From: Eledone cirrhosa
Taxonomy: Eukaryota
Assembly: GCA_964016885.1 (NCBI GenBank)
Contig: OZ024759.1
Span: 3,410,001-3,474,000 of the forward strand
Length of the DNA: 64,000 nucleotides
Reading direction: 5' to 3'
In this document: positions 1 to 15,000 of the stretch, in pieces
How positions within the stretch are numbered: the stretch's first letter is position 1
Layout of the letters: every line of letters starts with the position of its first letter
Notes under the pieces: model-generated
What the model was told of the DNA's origin: nothing
The model's input: the letters and a program-made list of their open reading frames with translations, nothing else
Database searches by the model: none
Program-made: the position numbers and the translations under genes

Positions 1-3000
1 TGTCTACAGTGTCTGAGTCTACAATGTCTGTGTGTCTACAATGCCTGTGTCTACAGTGTCTGTGTGTCTGTGTCTACAGTGTCTGTGACTACAAAGCCTG
101 TGTCTACAGTGTCTGTGTGTCTACAGTTTCTGTGTCTACAGTGTCTGTGTCTGCAGTGTCTGAGTCTACAATGTCTGTGTGTCTACAGTGTCTGTGTCTA
201 CAGTGTCTGTGTGTCTACAGTGTCTGTGTGTCTACAATGTCTGTGTGTCTACAGTGTCTGTGTGTCTACAATGTCGGTGTGTCTACAGTGTCTGTGTGTC
301 TACAGTGTATGTGTCTACAGTGACTGTGTGTCTACAGTGTCTGTGTGTCTACAATGTTTGTGTGTCTACAGTGTCTCTGTGTCTACAATGCCTGTGTCTA
401 CAGTGCCTGTGTCAACAGTGCCTGTGTCTACAATGTCTGTGTGTCTACAGTGTCTGTGTGTCTACAGTGTCTGTGTGTCTACAGTGTCTGTGTGTCTACA
501 GTGTCTGTGTTTCTACAGTGTCTGTGTGTCTACAGTGACTGTATATACAGTGTCTGTGTGTCTACAGTGTCTGTGTGTCTACAGTGTCTGTGTGTCTACA
601 GTGTCTACAGTGTCTGTGTGTCTACAATATCTGTGTCTACAGTGTCTGTGTGTCTAAAATGTCTGTGTCTACAGTGACTGTGTGTCTACAGTGTCTGTGT
701 GTCTACAATGTCTGTGTGTCTACAGTGTCTGTGTGTCTACAGTGTCTCTGTGTCTACAATGCCTGTGTCTACAGTGCCTGTGTCTACAATGTCTGTGTGT
801 CTACAGTGTCTGTGTGTCTACAGTGTCTATGCCTAAGTGTCTGTGTGTCTACAGTGTCTGTGTCTACAGTGTCTGTGTGTCTACAGTGTCTGTGTGTCTA
901 CAATGTCTGTGTGTCTACAATGTCTGTGTGTCTACAATGTCTGTGTGTCTACAGTGTCTGTGTGTCTACAGTGTCTGTGTGTCTACAGTGACTGTATATA
1001 CAGTGTCTGTGTGTCTACAGTGTCTGTGTGTCTACAGTGTCTGTGTGTCTACAATGCCTGTGTCTACAGTGTATGTGTGTCTACAGTGTCTACTGTGTCT
1101 ACAGTGTCTGTGTCTACAGTGTCTGAGTCTACAATGTCTGTGTGTCTACAGTGTTTGTGTGTGTACAGTGTCTGTGTCTACAGTGTCTGTGTCTACAGTG
1201 TCTGAGTCTACAATGTCTGTGTGTCTACAATGCCTGTGTCTACAGTGTCTGTGTGTCTGTGTCTACAGTGTCTGTGACTACAAAGCCTGTGTCTACAGTG
1301 TCTGTGTGTCTACAGTGTCTGTGTCTACAGTGTCTGTGTCTGCAGTGTCTGAGTCTACAATGTCTGTGTGTCTACAGTGTCTGTGTGTCTACAGTGTCTG
1401 TGTGTCTACAATGTCTGTGTGTCTACAGTGTCTGTGTGTCTACAGTGTCGGTGTGTCTACAGTGTCTGTGTGTCTACAGTGTATGTGTCTACAGTGACTG
1501 TGTGTCTACAGTGTCTGTGTGTCTACAATGTTTCTGTGTCTACAGTGTCTCTGTGTCTACAATGCCTGTGTCTACAGTGCCTGTGTCAACAGTGCCTGTG
1601 TCTACAATGTCTGTGTGTCTACAGTGTCTGTGTGTCTACAGTGTCTGTGTGTCTACAGTGTCTGTGTGTCTACAGTGTCTGTGTTTCTACAGTGTCTGTG
1701 TGTCTACAGTGACTGTATATACAGTGTCTGTGTGTCTACAGTGTCTGTGTGTCTACAGTGTCTGTGTGTCTACAATATCTGTGTCTACAGTGTCTGTGTG
1801 TCTAAAATGTCTGTGTCTACAGTGACTGTGTGTCTACAGTGTCTGTGTGTCTACAATGTCTGTGTGTCTACAGTGTCTGTGTGTCTACAGTGTCTCTGTG
1901 TCTACAATGCCTGTGTCTACAGTGCCTGTGTCTACAATGTCTGTGTGTCTACAGTGTCTGTGTGTCTACAGTGTCTATGTCTACAGTGTCTGTGTGTCTA
2001 CAGTGTCTGTGTCTACAGTGTCTGTGTGTCTACAGTGTCTGTGTGTCTACAGTGTCTATGTCTACAGTGTCTGTGTGTCTACAGTGTCTATGTCTACAGT
2101 GTCTGTGTGTCTACAGTGACTGTATATACAGTGTCTGTGTGTCTACAGTGTTTGTGTGTCTACAGTGTCTGTTTGTCTACAATGCCTGTGTCTACAGTGT
2201 ATGTGTGTCTACAGTGTCTGTGTCTACTGTGTCTACAATGTCTGAGTCTACAATGTCTGTGTGTCTACAGTGTCTGTGTGTGTACAGTGTCTGTGTCTAC
2301 AGTGTCTGTGTCTACAGTGTCTGAGTCTACAATGCCTGTGTGTCTACAATGCCTGTGTCTACAGTGTCGGGGTGTCTGTGTCTACAGTGTCTGTGTCTAC
2401 AATACCTGTGTCTAGAGTGTCTGTGTGTCTACAGTGTCTGAGTCTACAATGTCTGTGTGTCTACAATGCCTGTGTCTACAGTGTCCGTGTGTCTGTGTCT
2501 ACAGTGTCTGTGACTACAAAGCCTGTGTCTACAGTGTCTGTGTGTCTACAGTGTCTGTGTCTACAGTGTCTGAGTCTACAATGTCTGTGTGTCTACAGTG
2601 TCTGTGTCTACAGTGTCTGTGTGTCTACAGTGTCTGTGTGTCTACAATGTCTGTGTGTCTACAGTGTCTGTGTGTCTACAGTGTATGTGTCTACAGTGAC
2701 TGTGTGTCTACAGTGTTTGTGTGTCTACAGTGTCTCTGTGTCTACAATGCCTGTGTCTACAGTGCCTGTGTCAACAGTGCCTGTGTCTACAATGTCTGTG
2801 TGTCTACAGTGTCTGTGTGTCTACAGTGTCTGTGTCTACAGTGTCTGTGTGTCTACAATGTCTTTGTGTCTACAATGTCTGTGTGTCTACAGTGTCTGTG
2901 TCTACAGTGTCTGTGTGTCTACAGTGTCTGTGTCTACAGTGTCTGTGTGTCTACAGTGTCTGTGTGTCTACAGTGTCTGTGTGTCTACAGTGTCTGTGTC

Positions 3001-6000
3001 TACAGTGTCTGTGTGTCTACAGTGTCTGTGTGTCTACAATGTCTGTGTGTCTACAGTGTCTGTGTGTCTACAGTGTCTGTGTGTCTACAGTGTCTGTGTG
3101 TCTACAGTGACTGTGTATCTACAGTGTCTGTGTGTCTACAATGCCTGTGTCTCTACATTGTCTGTGTCTACAGTGTCTGTGTGTCTACAATGTCTGTGTG
3201 TCTACAGTGTCTGTGTGTCTACAGTGTCTGTGTGTCTACAATGTCTGTGTCTCTACATTGTCTGTGTCTCTACAGTGTCTCTGTCTACAGTGTCTGTGTG
3301 TCTACAATGTCTGTGTGTCTACAATGTCTGTGTGTCTACAATGTCTGTGTGTCTACAATGTCTGTGTGTCTACAATGTCTGTGTGTCTACAGTGTCTGTG
3401 TGTCTACAGTGTCTGTGTGTCTACAGTGTCTGTGTTTCTACAGTGTCTGTGTGTCTACAGTGTCTGTGTGTGTACAGTGTCTGTGTCTACTGTGTCTACA
3501 GTGTCTGTGTCTACAGTGTCTGAGTCTACAATGTCTGTGTGTCTACAGTGTCTGTGTGTGTACAGTGTCTGTGTCTACAGTGTCTGAGTCTACAATGTCT
3601 GTGTGTCTACAATGCCTGTGTCTACAGTGTCCGTGTGTCTGTGTCTACAGTGTCTGTGTCTACAATACCTGTGTCTACAGTGTCTGTGTGTCTACAGTCT
3701 CTGAGTCTACAATGTCTGTGTGTCTACAATGCCTGTGTCTACAGTGTCCGTGTGTCTGTGTCTACAGTGTCTGTGAATACAATGCCTGTGTCTACAGTGT
3801 CTGTGTGTCTGTGTCTACAGTGTCTGTGTCTACAGTGTCTGAGTCTACAATGTCTGTGTGTCTACAGTGTCTGTGTCTACAATGTCTGTGTCTACAGTGT
3901 CCGTGTGTCTGTCTACAGTGTCTGTGTGTCTACAGTGTCTGTGTCTACAGTGACTGTGTGTCTACAGTGTCTGTGTGTCTACAATATGTGTCTACAGTGT
4001 CTGTGTCTACAGTGTCTGTGTGTCTACACTGTCTGTCTGCAGTGTTTGTGTATCTACAGTGTCTGTGTGTCTACAATGTATGTGTGTCTACAGTGTCTGT
4101 GTGTCTACGTCTGTGTGTCTACAGTGTATGTGTCTCTACATTGTCTGTGTGTCTACAGTGTCTGTGTCTACAGTGTCTGTGTGTCTACAGTGTCTGTGTG
4201 TCTACAGTGTCTGTGTGTCTACAGTGTCTGTGTGTCTACAGTGTCTGTGTCTACAGTGTCTGTCTGTCTACAGTGTCTGTGTCTACAGTGTCTGTGTGTC
4301 TACAATGTCTGTGTGTCTACAATGTCTGTGTGTCTACAGTGTCTGTGTCTACAGTGTCTGTGTGTCTACAGTGTCTGTGTCTACAGTGTCTGTGTGTCCA
4401 CAGTGTCTGTGTCTACAGTGTCTGTGTGTCTACAGTGTCTGTGTCTACAGTGTCTGTGTGTCTACAGTGTCTGTGTCTACAGTGTCTGTGTGTCTACAGT
4501 GTCTGTGTGTCTACAATGTCTGTGTGTCTACAATGTCTGTGTGTCTACAATGTCTGTGTGTCTACAGTGTCTGTGTGTCTACAGTGTCTGTGTATCTACA
4601 GTGTCTGTGTGTCTACAGTGACTGTGTGTCTACAATGTCTGTGTGTCTACAATGTCTGTGTCTACAGTGTCTGTGTATCTACAGTGTCTGTGTGTCTACA
4701 ATGCCTGTGTCTCTACATTGTCTGTGTCTACAGTGTCTGTGTGTCTACAATGTCTGTGTGTCTACAATGTCTGTGTCTCTACAGTGTCTGTGTGTCTACA
4801 ATGTCTGTGTGTTTACAATGTCTGTGTCTACAGTGTCTGTGTGTCTACAGTGTCTGTGTGTCTACAATATCTGTGTGTCTACAATATCTGTGTGTCTACA
4901 GTGTCTGTATCTACAGTGTCTGTGTCTCTACAGTGTCTGTGTCTACAATGTCTGTGTGTCTAAGGTGTCTGTGTGTCTACAGTGTCTGTGTGTCTACAAT
5001 GTCTGTGTGTCTACAGTGACTGTGTGTCTACAGTGTCTGTGTGTCTAAAATGTCTGTGTCTACAGTTTCTGTGTGTCTACAGTGTCTGTGTGTCTACAAT
5101 GTCTGTGTGTCTACAGTGTCTGTGTCTACAGTGTCTGTGTCTACAGTGTCTGTGTGTCTAAAATGTCTGTGTCTACAGTGACTATGTGTCTACAGTGTCT
5201 ACAATGTTTGTGTGTCTACAGTGTCTCTGTGTCTACAATGCCTGTGTCTACAGTGCCTGTGTCTACAATGACTGTGTGTCTACAGTGTCTGTGTGTCTAC
5301 AGTGTCTGTGTCTACAGTGTCTGTGTGTCTACAGTGTCTGTGTGTCTACAGTGTCTGTGTGTCTACAATGTCTGTGTGTCTACAGTGTCTGTGTGTCTAC
5401 AGTGTCTCTGTGTCTACAATGCCTGTGTCTACAGTGCCTGTGTCTACAATGTCTGTGTGTCTACAGTGTCTGTGTCTACAGTGTCTGTGTGTCTACAGTG
5501 TCTGTGTGTCTACAATGTCTGTGTGTCTACAATGTCTGTGTGTCTACAATGTCTGTGTGTCTACAATGTCTGTGTGTCTACAATGTCTGTGTGTCTACAG
5601 TGTCTGTGTGTCTACAGTGTCTGTGTGTCTACAGTGTCTGTGTGTCTACAGTGACTGTATATACAGTGTCTGTGTGTCTACAGTGTCTGTGTGTCTACAG
5701 TGTCTGTGTGTCTACAATGTCTGTGTCTACAGTGTCTGTGTGTCTAAAATGTCTGTGTCTACAGTTACTGTGTGTCTACAGTGTCTGTGTGTCTACAATG
5801 TCTGTGTGTCTGTGTGTCTACAGTGTCTGTGTGTCTACAATGTCTGTGTGTCTACAATGTCTGTGTGTCTACAATGTCTGTGTGTCTACAGTGTCTGTGT
5901 GTCTACAGTGTCTGTGTGTCTACAGTGTCTGTGTGTCTACAGTGACTGTATATACAGTGTCTGTGTGTCTACAGTGTCTGTGTGTCTACAGTGTCTGTGT

Positions 6001-9000
6001 GTCTACAATGCCTGTGTCTACAGTGTATGTGTGTCTACAGTGTCTGTGTCTACTGTGTCTACAGTGTCTGTGTCTACAGTGTCTGAGTCTACAATGTCTG
6101 TGTGTCTACAGTGTCTGTGTGTGTACAGTGTCTGTGTCTACAGTGTCTGTGTCTACAGTGTCTGAGTCTACAATGTCTGTGTGTCTACAATGCCTGTGTC
6201 TACAGTGTCTGTGTGTCTGTGTCTACAGTGTCTGTGACTACAAAGCCTGTGTCTACAGTGTCTGTGTGTCTACAGTTTCTGTGTCTACAGTGTCTGTGTC
6301 TGCAGTGTCTGAGTCTACAATGTCTGTGTGTCTACAGTGTCTGTGTCTACAGTGTCTGTGTGTCTACAGTGTCTGTGTGTCTACAATGTCTGTGTGTCTA
6401 CAGTGTCTGTGTGTCTACAATGTCGGTGTGTCTACAGTGTCTGTGTGTCTACAGTGTATGTGTGTCTACAATGTCTGTGTGTCTACAGTGACTGTGTATC
6501 TACAGTGTCTGTGTGTCTACAATGCCTGTGTCTCTACATTGTCTGTGTCTACAGTGTCTGTGTGTCTACAATGTCTGTGTGTCTACAGTGTCTGTGTGTC
6601 TACAGTGTCTGTGTGTCTACAATGTCTGTGTCTCTACATTGTCTGTGTCTCTACAGTGTCTCTGTCTACAGTGTCTGTGTGTCTACAATGTCTGTGTGTC
6701 TACAATGTCTGTGTGTCTACAATGTCTGTGTGTCTACAATGTCTGTGTGTCTACAATGTCTGTGTGTCTACAGTGTCTGTGTGTCTACAGTGTCTGTGTG
6801 TCTACAGTGTCTGTGTTTCTACAGTGTCTGTGTGTCTACAGTGTCTGTGTGTGTACAGTGTCTGTGTCTACTGTGTCTACAGTGTCTGTGTCTACAGTGT
6901 CTGAGTCTACAATGTCTGTGTGTCTACAGTGTCTGTGTGTGTACAGTGTCTGTGTCTACAGTGTCTGAGTCTACAATGTCTGTGTGTCTACAATGCCTGT
7001 GTCTACAGTGTCCGTGTGTCTGTGTCTACAGTGTCTGTGTCTACAATACCTGTGTCTACAGTGTCTGTGTGTCTACAGTCTCTGAGTCTACAATGTCTGT
7101 GTGTCTACAATGCCTGTGTCTACAGTGTCCGTGTGTCTGTGTCTACAGTGTCTGTGAATACAATGCCTGTGTCTACAGTGTCTGTGTGTCTGTGTCTACA
7201 GTGTCTGTGTCTACAGTGTCTGAGTCTACAATGTCTGTGTGTCTACAGTGTCTGTGTCTACAATGTCTGTGTCTACAGTGTCCGTGTGTCTGTCTACAGT
7301 GTCTGTGTGTCTACAGTGTCTGTGTCTACAGTGACTGTGTGTCTACAGTGTCTGTGTGTCTACAATATGTGTCTACAGTGTCTGTGTCTACAGTGTCTGT
7401 GTGTCTACACTGTCTGTCTGTCTACAGTGTTTGTGTATCTACAGTGTCTGTGTGTCTACAATGTATGTGTGTCTACAGTGTCTGTGTGTCTACGTCTGTG
7501 TGTCTACAGTGTCTGTGTGTCTACAGTGTATGTGTCTCTACATTGTCTGTGTGTCTACAGTGTCTGTGTCTACAGTGTCTGTGTGTCTACAGTGTCTGTG
7601 TGTCTACAGTGTCTGTGTGTCTACAGTGTCTGTGTGTCTACAGTGTCTGTGTCTACAGTGTCTGTCTGTCTACAGTGTCTGTGTCTACAGTGTCTGTGTG
7701 TCTACAATGTCTGTGTGTCTACAATGTCTGTGTGTCTACAGTGTCTGTGTCTACAGTGTCTGTGTGTCTACAGTGTCTGTGTCTACAGTGTCTGTGTGTC
7801 CACGGTGTCTGTGTCTACAGTGTCTGTGTGTCTACAGTGTCTGTGTCTACAGTGTCTGTGTGTCTACAGTGTCTGTGTCTACAGTGTCTGTGTGTCTACA
7901 GTGTCTGTGTGTCTACAATGTCTGTGTGTCTACAATGTCTGTGTGTCTACAATGTCTGTGTGTCTACAGTGTCTGTGTGTCTACAGTGTCTGTGTATCTA
8001 CAGTGTCTGTGTGTCTACAGTGACTGTGTGTCTACAATGTCTGTGTGTCTACAATGTCTGTGTCTACAGTGTCTGTGTATCTACAGTGTCTGTGTGTCTA
8101 CAATGCCTGTGTCTCTACATTGTCTGTGTCTACAGTGTCTGTGTGTCTACAATGTCTGTGTGTCTACAATGTCTGTGTCTCTACAGTGTCTGTGTGTCTA
8201 CAATGTCTGTGTGTTTACAATGTCTGTGTCTACAGTGTCTGTGTGTCTACAGTGTCTGTGTGTCTACAATATCTGTGTGTCTACAATATCTGTGTGTCTA
8301 CAGTGTCTGTATCTACAGTGTCTGTGTCTCTACAGTGTCTGTGTCTACAATGTCTGTGTGTCTAAGGTGTCTGTGTGTCTACAGTGTCTGTGTGTCTACA
8401 ATGTCTGTGTGTCTACAGTGACTGTGTGTCTACAGTGTCTGTGTGTCTAAAATGTCTGTGTCTACAGTTTCTGTGTGTCTACAGTGTCTGTGTGTCTACA
8501 ATGTCTGTGTGTCTACAGTGTCTGTGTCTACAGTGTCTGTGTCTACAGTGTCTGTGTGTCTAAAATGTCTGTGTCTACAGTGACTATGTGTCTACAGTGT
8601 CTACAATGTTTGTGTGTCTACAGTGTCTCTGTGTCTACAATGCCTGTGTCTACAGTGCCTGTGTCTACAATGACTGTGTGTCTACAGTGTCTGTGTGTCT
8701 ACAGTGTCTGTGTCTACAGTGTCTGTGTGTCTACAGTGTCTGTGTGTCTACAGTGTCTGTGTGTCTACAATGTCTGTGTGTCTACAGTGTCTGTGTGTCT
8801 ACAGTGTCTCTGTGTCTACAATGCCTGTGTCTACAGTGCCTGTGTCTACAATGTCTGTGTGTCTACAGTGTCTGTGTCTACAGTGTCTGTGTGTCTACAG
8901 TGTCTGTGTGTCTACAATGTCTGTGTGTCTACAATGTCTGTGTGTCTACAGTGTCTGTGTGTCTACAGTGTCTGTGTGTCTACAGTGTCTGTGTGTCTAC

Positions 9001-12000
9001 AGTGACTGTATATACAGTGTCTGTGTGTCTACAGTGTCTGTGTGTCTACAGTGTCTGTGTGTCTACAATGTCTGTGTCTACAGTGTCTGTGTGTCTAAAA
9101 TGTCTGTGTCTACAGTTACTGTGTGTCTACAGTGTCTGTGTGTCTACAATGTCTGTGTGTCTGTGTGTCTACAGTGTCTGTGTGTCTACAATGTCTGTGT
9201 GTCTACAATGTCTGTGTGTCTACAATGTCTGTGTGTCTACAGTGTCTGTGTGTCTACAGTGTCTGTGTGTCTACAGTGACTGTATATACAGTGTCTGTGT
9301 GTCTACAGTGTCTGTGTGTCTACAGTGTCTGTGTGTCTACAATGCCTGTGTCTACAGTGTATGTGTGTCTACAGTGTCTGTGTCTACTGTGTCTACAGTG
9401 TCTGTGTCTACAGTGTCTGAGTCTACAATGTCTGTGTGTCTACAGTGTCTGTGTGTGTACAGTGTCTGTGTCTACAGTGTCTGTGTCTACAGTGTCTGAG
9501 TCTACAATGTCTGTGTGTCTACAATGCCTGTGTCTACAGTGTCTGTGTGTCTGTGTCTACAGTGTCTGTGACTACAAAGCCTGTGTCTACAGTGTCTGTG
9601 TGTCTACAGTTTCTGTGTCTACAGTGTCTGTGTCTGCAGTGTCTGAGTCTACAATGTCTGTGTGTCTACAGTGTCTGTGTCTACAGTGTCTGTGTGTCTA
9701 CAGTGTCTGTGTGTCTACAATGTCTGTGTGTCTACAGTGTCTGTGTGTCTACAATGTCGGTGTGTCTACAGTGTCTGTGTGTCTACAGTGTATGTGTCTA
9801 CAGTGTATGTGTCTACAGTGACTGTGTGTCTACAGTGTCTGTGTGTCTACAATGTTTGTGTGTCTACAGTGTCTCTGTGTCTACAGTGCCTGTGTCAACA
9901 GTGCCTGTGTCTACAATGTCTGTGTGTCTACAGTGTCTGTGTGTCTACAGTGTCTGTGTGTCTACAGTGTCTGTGTGTCTACAGTGTCTGTGTTTCTACA
10001 GTGTCTGTGTGTCTACAGTGACTGTATATACAGTGTCTGTGTGTCTACAGTGTCTGTGTGTCTACAGTGTCTGTGTGTCTACAGTGTCTACAGTGTCTGT
10101 GTGTCTACAATATCTGTGTCTACAGTGTCTGTGTGTCTAAAATGTCTGTGTCTACAGTGACTGTGTGTCTACAGTGTCTGTGTGTCTACAATGTCTGTGT
10201 GTCTACAGTGTCTGTGTGTCTACAGTGTCTCTGTGTCTACAATGCCTGTGTCTACAGTGCCTGTGTCTACAATGTCTGTGTGTCTACAGTGTCTGTGTGT
10301 CTACAGTGTCTATGTCTACAGTGTCTGTGTGTCTACAGTGTCTGTGTCTACAGTGTCTGTGTGTCTACAGTGTCTGTGTGTCTACAATGTCTGTGTGTCT
10401 ACAATGTCTGTGTGTCTACAATGTCTGTGTGTCTACAGTGTCTGTGTGTCTACAGTGTCTGTGTGTCTACAGTGTCTGTGTGTCCACAGTGACTGTATAT
10501 ACAGTGTCTGTGTGTCTACAGTGTCTGTGTGTCTACAATGCCTGTGTCTACAGTGTATGTGTGTCTACAGTGTCTGTGTCTACTGTGTCTACAGTGTCTG
10601 TGTCTACAGTGTCTGAGTCTACAAAGTCTGTGTGTCTACAGTGTCTGTGTGTGTACAGTGTCTGTGTCTACAGTGTCTGTGTCTACAGTGTCTGAGTCTA
10701 CAATGTCTGTGTGTCTACAATGCCTGTGTCTACAGTGTCTGTGTGTCTGTGTCTACAGTGTCTGTGACTACAAAGCCTGTGTCTACAGTGTCTGTGTGTC
10801 TACAGTGTCTGTGTCTACAGTGTCTGTGTCTGCAGTGTCTGAGTCTACAATGTCTGTGTGTCTACAGTGTCTGTGTCTACAGTGTCTGTGTGTCTACAGT
10901 GTCTGTGTGTCTACAATGTCTGTGTGTCTACAGTGTCTGTGTGTCTACAGTGTCGGTGTGTCTACAGTGTCTGTGTGTCTACAGTGTATGTGTCTACAGT
11001 GACTGTGTGTCTACAGTGTCTGTGTGTCTACAATGTTTGTGTGTCTACAGTGTCTCTGTGTCTACAATGCCTGTGTCTACAGTGCCTGTGTCAACAGTGC
11101 CTGTGTCTACAATGTCTGTGTGTCTACAGTGTCTGTGTGTCTACAGTGTCTGTGTGTCTACAGTGTCTGTGTTTCTACAGTGTCTGTGTGTCTACAGTGA
11201 CTGTATATACAGTGTCTGTGTGTCTACAGTGTCTGTGTGTCTACAGTGTCTGTGTGTCTACAATATCTGTGTCTACAGTGTCTGTGTGTCTAAAATGTCT
11301 GTGTCTACAGTGACTGTGTGTCTACAGTGTCTGTGTGTCTACAATGTCTGTGTGTCTACAGTGTCTGTGTGTCTACAATGCCTGTGTCTACAGTGCCTGT
11401 GTCTACAATGTCTGTGTGTCTACAGTGTCTGTGTGTCTACAGTGTCTATGTCTACAGTGTCTGTGTGTCTACAGTGTCTGTGTCTACAGTGTCTGTGTGT
11501 CTACAGTGTCTGTGTGTCTACAGTGTCTATGTCTACAGTGTCTGTGTGTCTACAGTGTCTATGTCTACAGTGTCTGTGTGTCTACAGTGACTGTATATAC
11601 AGTGTCTGTGTGTCTACAGTGTTTGTGTGTCTACAGTGTCTGTTTGTCTACAATGCCTGTGTCTACAGTGTATGTGTGTCTACAGTGTCTGTGTCTACTG
11701 TGTCTACAGTGTCTGAGTCTACAATGTCTGTGTGTCTACAGTGTCTGTGTGTGTACAGTGTGTGTGTCTACAGTGTCTGAGTCTACAATGCCTGTGTGTC
11801 TACAATGCCTGTGTCTACAGTGTCCGTGTGTCTGTGTCTACAGTGTCTGTGTCTACAATACCTGTGTCTAGAGTGTCTGTGTGTCTACAGTGTCTGAGTC
11901 TACAATGTCTGTGTGTCTACAATGCCTGTGTCTACAGTGTCCGTGTGTCTGTGTCTACAGTGTCTGTGACTACAAAGCCTGTGTCTACAGTGTCTGTGTG

Positions 12001-15000
12001 TCTACAGTGTCTGTGTCTACAGTGTCTGAGTCTACAATGTCTGTGTGTCTACAGTGTCTGTGTCTACAGTGTCTGTGTGTCTACAGTGTCTGTGTGTCTA
12101 CAATGTCTGTGTGTCTACAGTGTCTGTGTGTCTACAGTGTATGTGTCTACAGTGACTGTGTGTCTACAGTGTCTGTGTGTCTACAGTGTCTGTGTGTCTA
12201 CAGTGACTGTATATACAGTGTCTGTGTGTCTACAGTGTCTGTGTGTCTACAGTGTCTGTGTGTCTACAATGCCTGTGTCTACAGTGTATGTGTGTCTACA
12301 GTGTCTGTGTCTACTGTGTCTACAGTGTCTGTGTCTACAGTGTCTGAGTCTACAATGTCTGTGTGTCTACAGTGTCTGTGTGTGTACAGTGTCTGTGTCT
12401 ACAGTGTCTGTGTCTACAGTGTCTGAGTCTACAATGTCTGTGTGTCTACAATGCCTGTGTCTACAGTGTCTGTGTGTCTGTGTCTACAGTGTCTGTGACT
12501 ACAAAGCCTGTGTCTACAGTGTCTGTGTGTCTACAGTGTCTGTGTCTGCAGTGTCTGAGTCTACAATGTCTGTGTGTCTACAGTGTCTGTGTCTACAGTG
12601 TCTGTGTGTCTACAGTGTCTGTGTGTCTACAATGTCTGTGTGTCTACAGTGTCTGTGTGTCTACAATGTCGGTGTGTCTACAGTGTCTGTGTGTCTACAG
12701 TGTATGTGTCTACAGTGTATGTGTCTACAGTGACTGTGTGTCTACAGTGTCTGTGTGTCTACAATGTTTGTGTGTCTACAGTGTCTCTGTGTCTACAGTG
12801 CCTGTGTCAACAGTGCCTGTGTCTACAATGTCTGTGTGTCTACAGTGTCTGTGTGTCTACAGTGTCTGTGTGTCTACAGTGTCTGTGTGTCTACAGTGTC
12901 TGTGTTTCTACAGTGTCTGTGTGTCTACAGTGACTGTATATACAGTGTCTGTGTGTCTACAGTGTCTGTGTGTCTACAGTGTCTGTGTGTCTACAGTGTC
13001 TACAGTGTCTGTGTGTCTACAATATCTGTGTCTACAGTGTCTGTGTGTCTAAAATGTCTGTGTCTACAGTGACTGTGTGTCTACAGTGTCTGTGTGTCTA
13101 CAATGTCTGTGTGTCTACAGTGTCTGTGTGTCTACAGTGTCTCTGTGTCTACAATGCCTGTGTCTACAGTGCCTGTGTCTACAATGTCTGTGTGTCTACA
13201 GTGTCTGTGTGTCTACAGTGTCTATGTCTACAGTGTCTGTGTGTCTACAGTGTCTGTGTCTACAGTGTCTGTGTGTCTACAGTGTCTGTGTGTCTACAAT
13301 GTCTGTGTGTCTACAATGTCTGTGTGTCTACAATGTCTGTGTGTCTACAGTGTCTGTGTGTCTACAGTGTCTGTGTGTCTACAGTGTCTGTGTGTCTACA
13401 GTGACTGTATATACAGTGTCTGTGTGTCTACAGTGTCTGTGTGTCTACAGTGTCTGTGTGTCTACAATGCCTGTGTCTACAGTGTATGTGTGTCTACAGT
13501 GTCTGTGTCTACTGTGTCTACAGTGTCTGTGTCTACAGTGTCTGAGTCTACAAAGTCTGTGTGTCTACAGTGTCTGTGTGTGTACAGTGTCTGTGTCTAC
13601 AGTGTCTGTGTCTACAGTGTCTGAGTCTACAATGTCTGTGTGTCTACAATGCCTGTGTCTACAGTGTCTGTGTGTCTGTGTCTACAGTGTCTGTGACTAC
13701 AAAGCCTGTGTCTACAGTGTCTGTGTGTCTACAGTGTCTGTGTCTACAGTGTCTGTGTCTGCAGTGTCTGAGTCTACAATGTCTGTGTGTCTACAGTGTC
13801 TGTGTCTACAGTGTCTGTGTGTCTACAGTGTCTGTGTGTCTACAATGTCTGTGTGTCTACAGTGTCTGTGTGTCTACAGTGTCGGTGTGTCTACAGTGTC
13901 TGTGTGTCTACAGTGTATGTGTCTACAGTGACTGTGTGTCTACAGTGTCTGTGTGTCTACAATGTTTGTGTGTCTACAGTGTCTCTGTGTCTACAATGCC
14001 TGTGTCTACAGTGCCTGTGTCAACAGTGCCTGTGTCTACAATGTCTGTGTGTCTACAGTGTCTGTGTGTCTACAGTGTCTGTGTGTCTACAGTGTCTGTG
14101 TGTCTACAGTGTCTGTGTTTCTACAGTGTCTGTGTGTCTACAGTGACTGTATATACAGTGTCTGTGTGTCTACAGTGTCTGTGTGTCTACAGTGTCTGTG
14201 TGTCTACAATATCTGTGTCTACAGTGTCTGTGTGTCTAAAATGTCTGTGTCTACAGTGACTGTGTGTCTACAGTGTCTGTGTGTCTACAATGTCTGTGTG
14301 TCTACAGTGTCTGTGTGTCTACAATGCCTGTGTCTACAGTGCCTGTGTCTACAATGTCTGTGTGTCTACAGTGTCTGTGTGTCTACAGTGTCTATGTCTA
14401 CAGTGTCTGTGTGTCTACAGTGTCTGTGTCTACAGTGTCTGTGTGTCTACAGTGTCTGTGTGTCTACAGTGTCTATGTCTACAGTGTCTGTGTGTCTACA
14501 GTGTCTATGTCTACAGTGTCTGTGTGTCTACAGTGACTGTATATACAGTGTCTGTGTGTCTACAGTGTTTGTGTGTCTACAGTGTCTGTTTGTCTACAAT
14601 GCCTGTGTCTACAGTGTATGTGTGTCTACAGTGTCTGTGTCTACTGTGTCTACAGTGTCTGAGTCTACAATGTCTGTGTGTCTACAGTGTCTGTGTGTGT
14701 ACAGTGTGTGTGTCTACAGTGTCTGAGTCTACAATGCCTGTGTGTCTACAATGCCTGTGTCTACAGTGTCCGTGTGTCTGTGTCTACAGTGTCTGTGTCT
14801 ACAATACCTGTGTCTAGAGTGTCTGTGTGTCTACAGTGTCTGAGTCTACAATGTCTGTGTGTCTACAATGCCTGTGTCTACAGTGTCCGTGTGTCTGTGT
14901 CTACAGTGTCTGTGACTACAAAGCCTGTGTCTACAGTGTCTGTGTGTCTACAGTGTCTGTGTCTACAGTGTCTGAGTCTACAATGTCTGTGTGTCTACAG

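Noticed and set aside
4399-4406. TACAGTG/TACAATG resemble the RAG RSS heptamer or Transib ends (CACAGTG/CACAATG), and exact CACAGTG variants exist
   Set aside because: The consensus lacks the essential first C, there is no nonamer or inverted partner, and exact matches are rare point variants.
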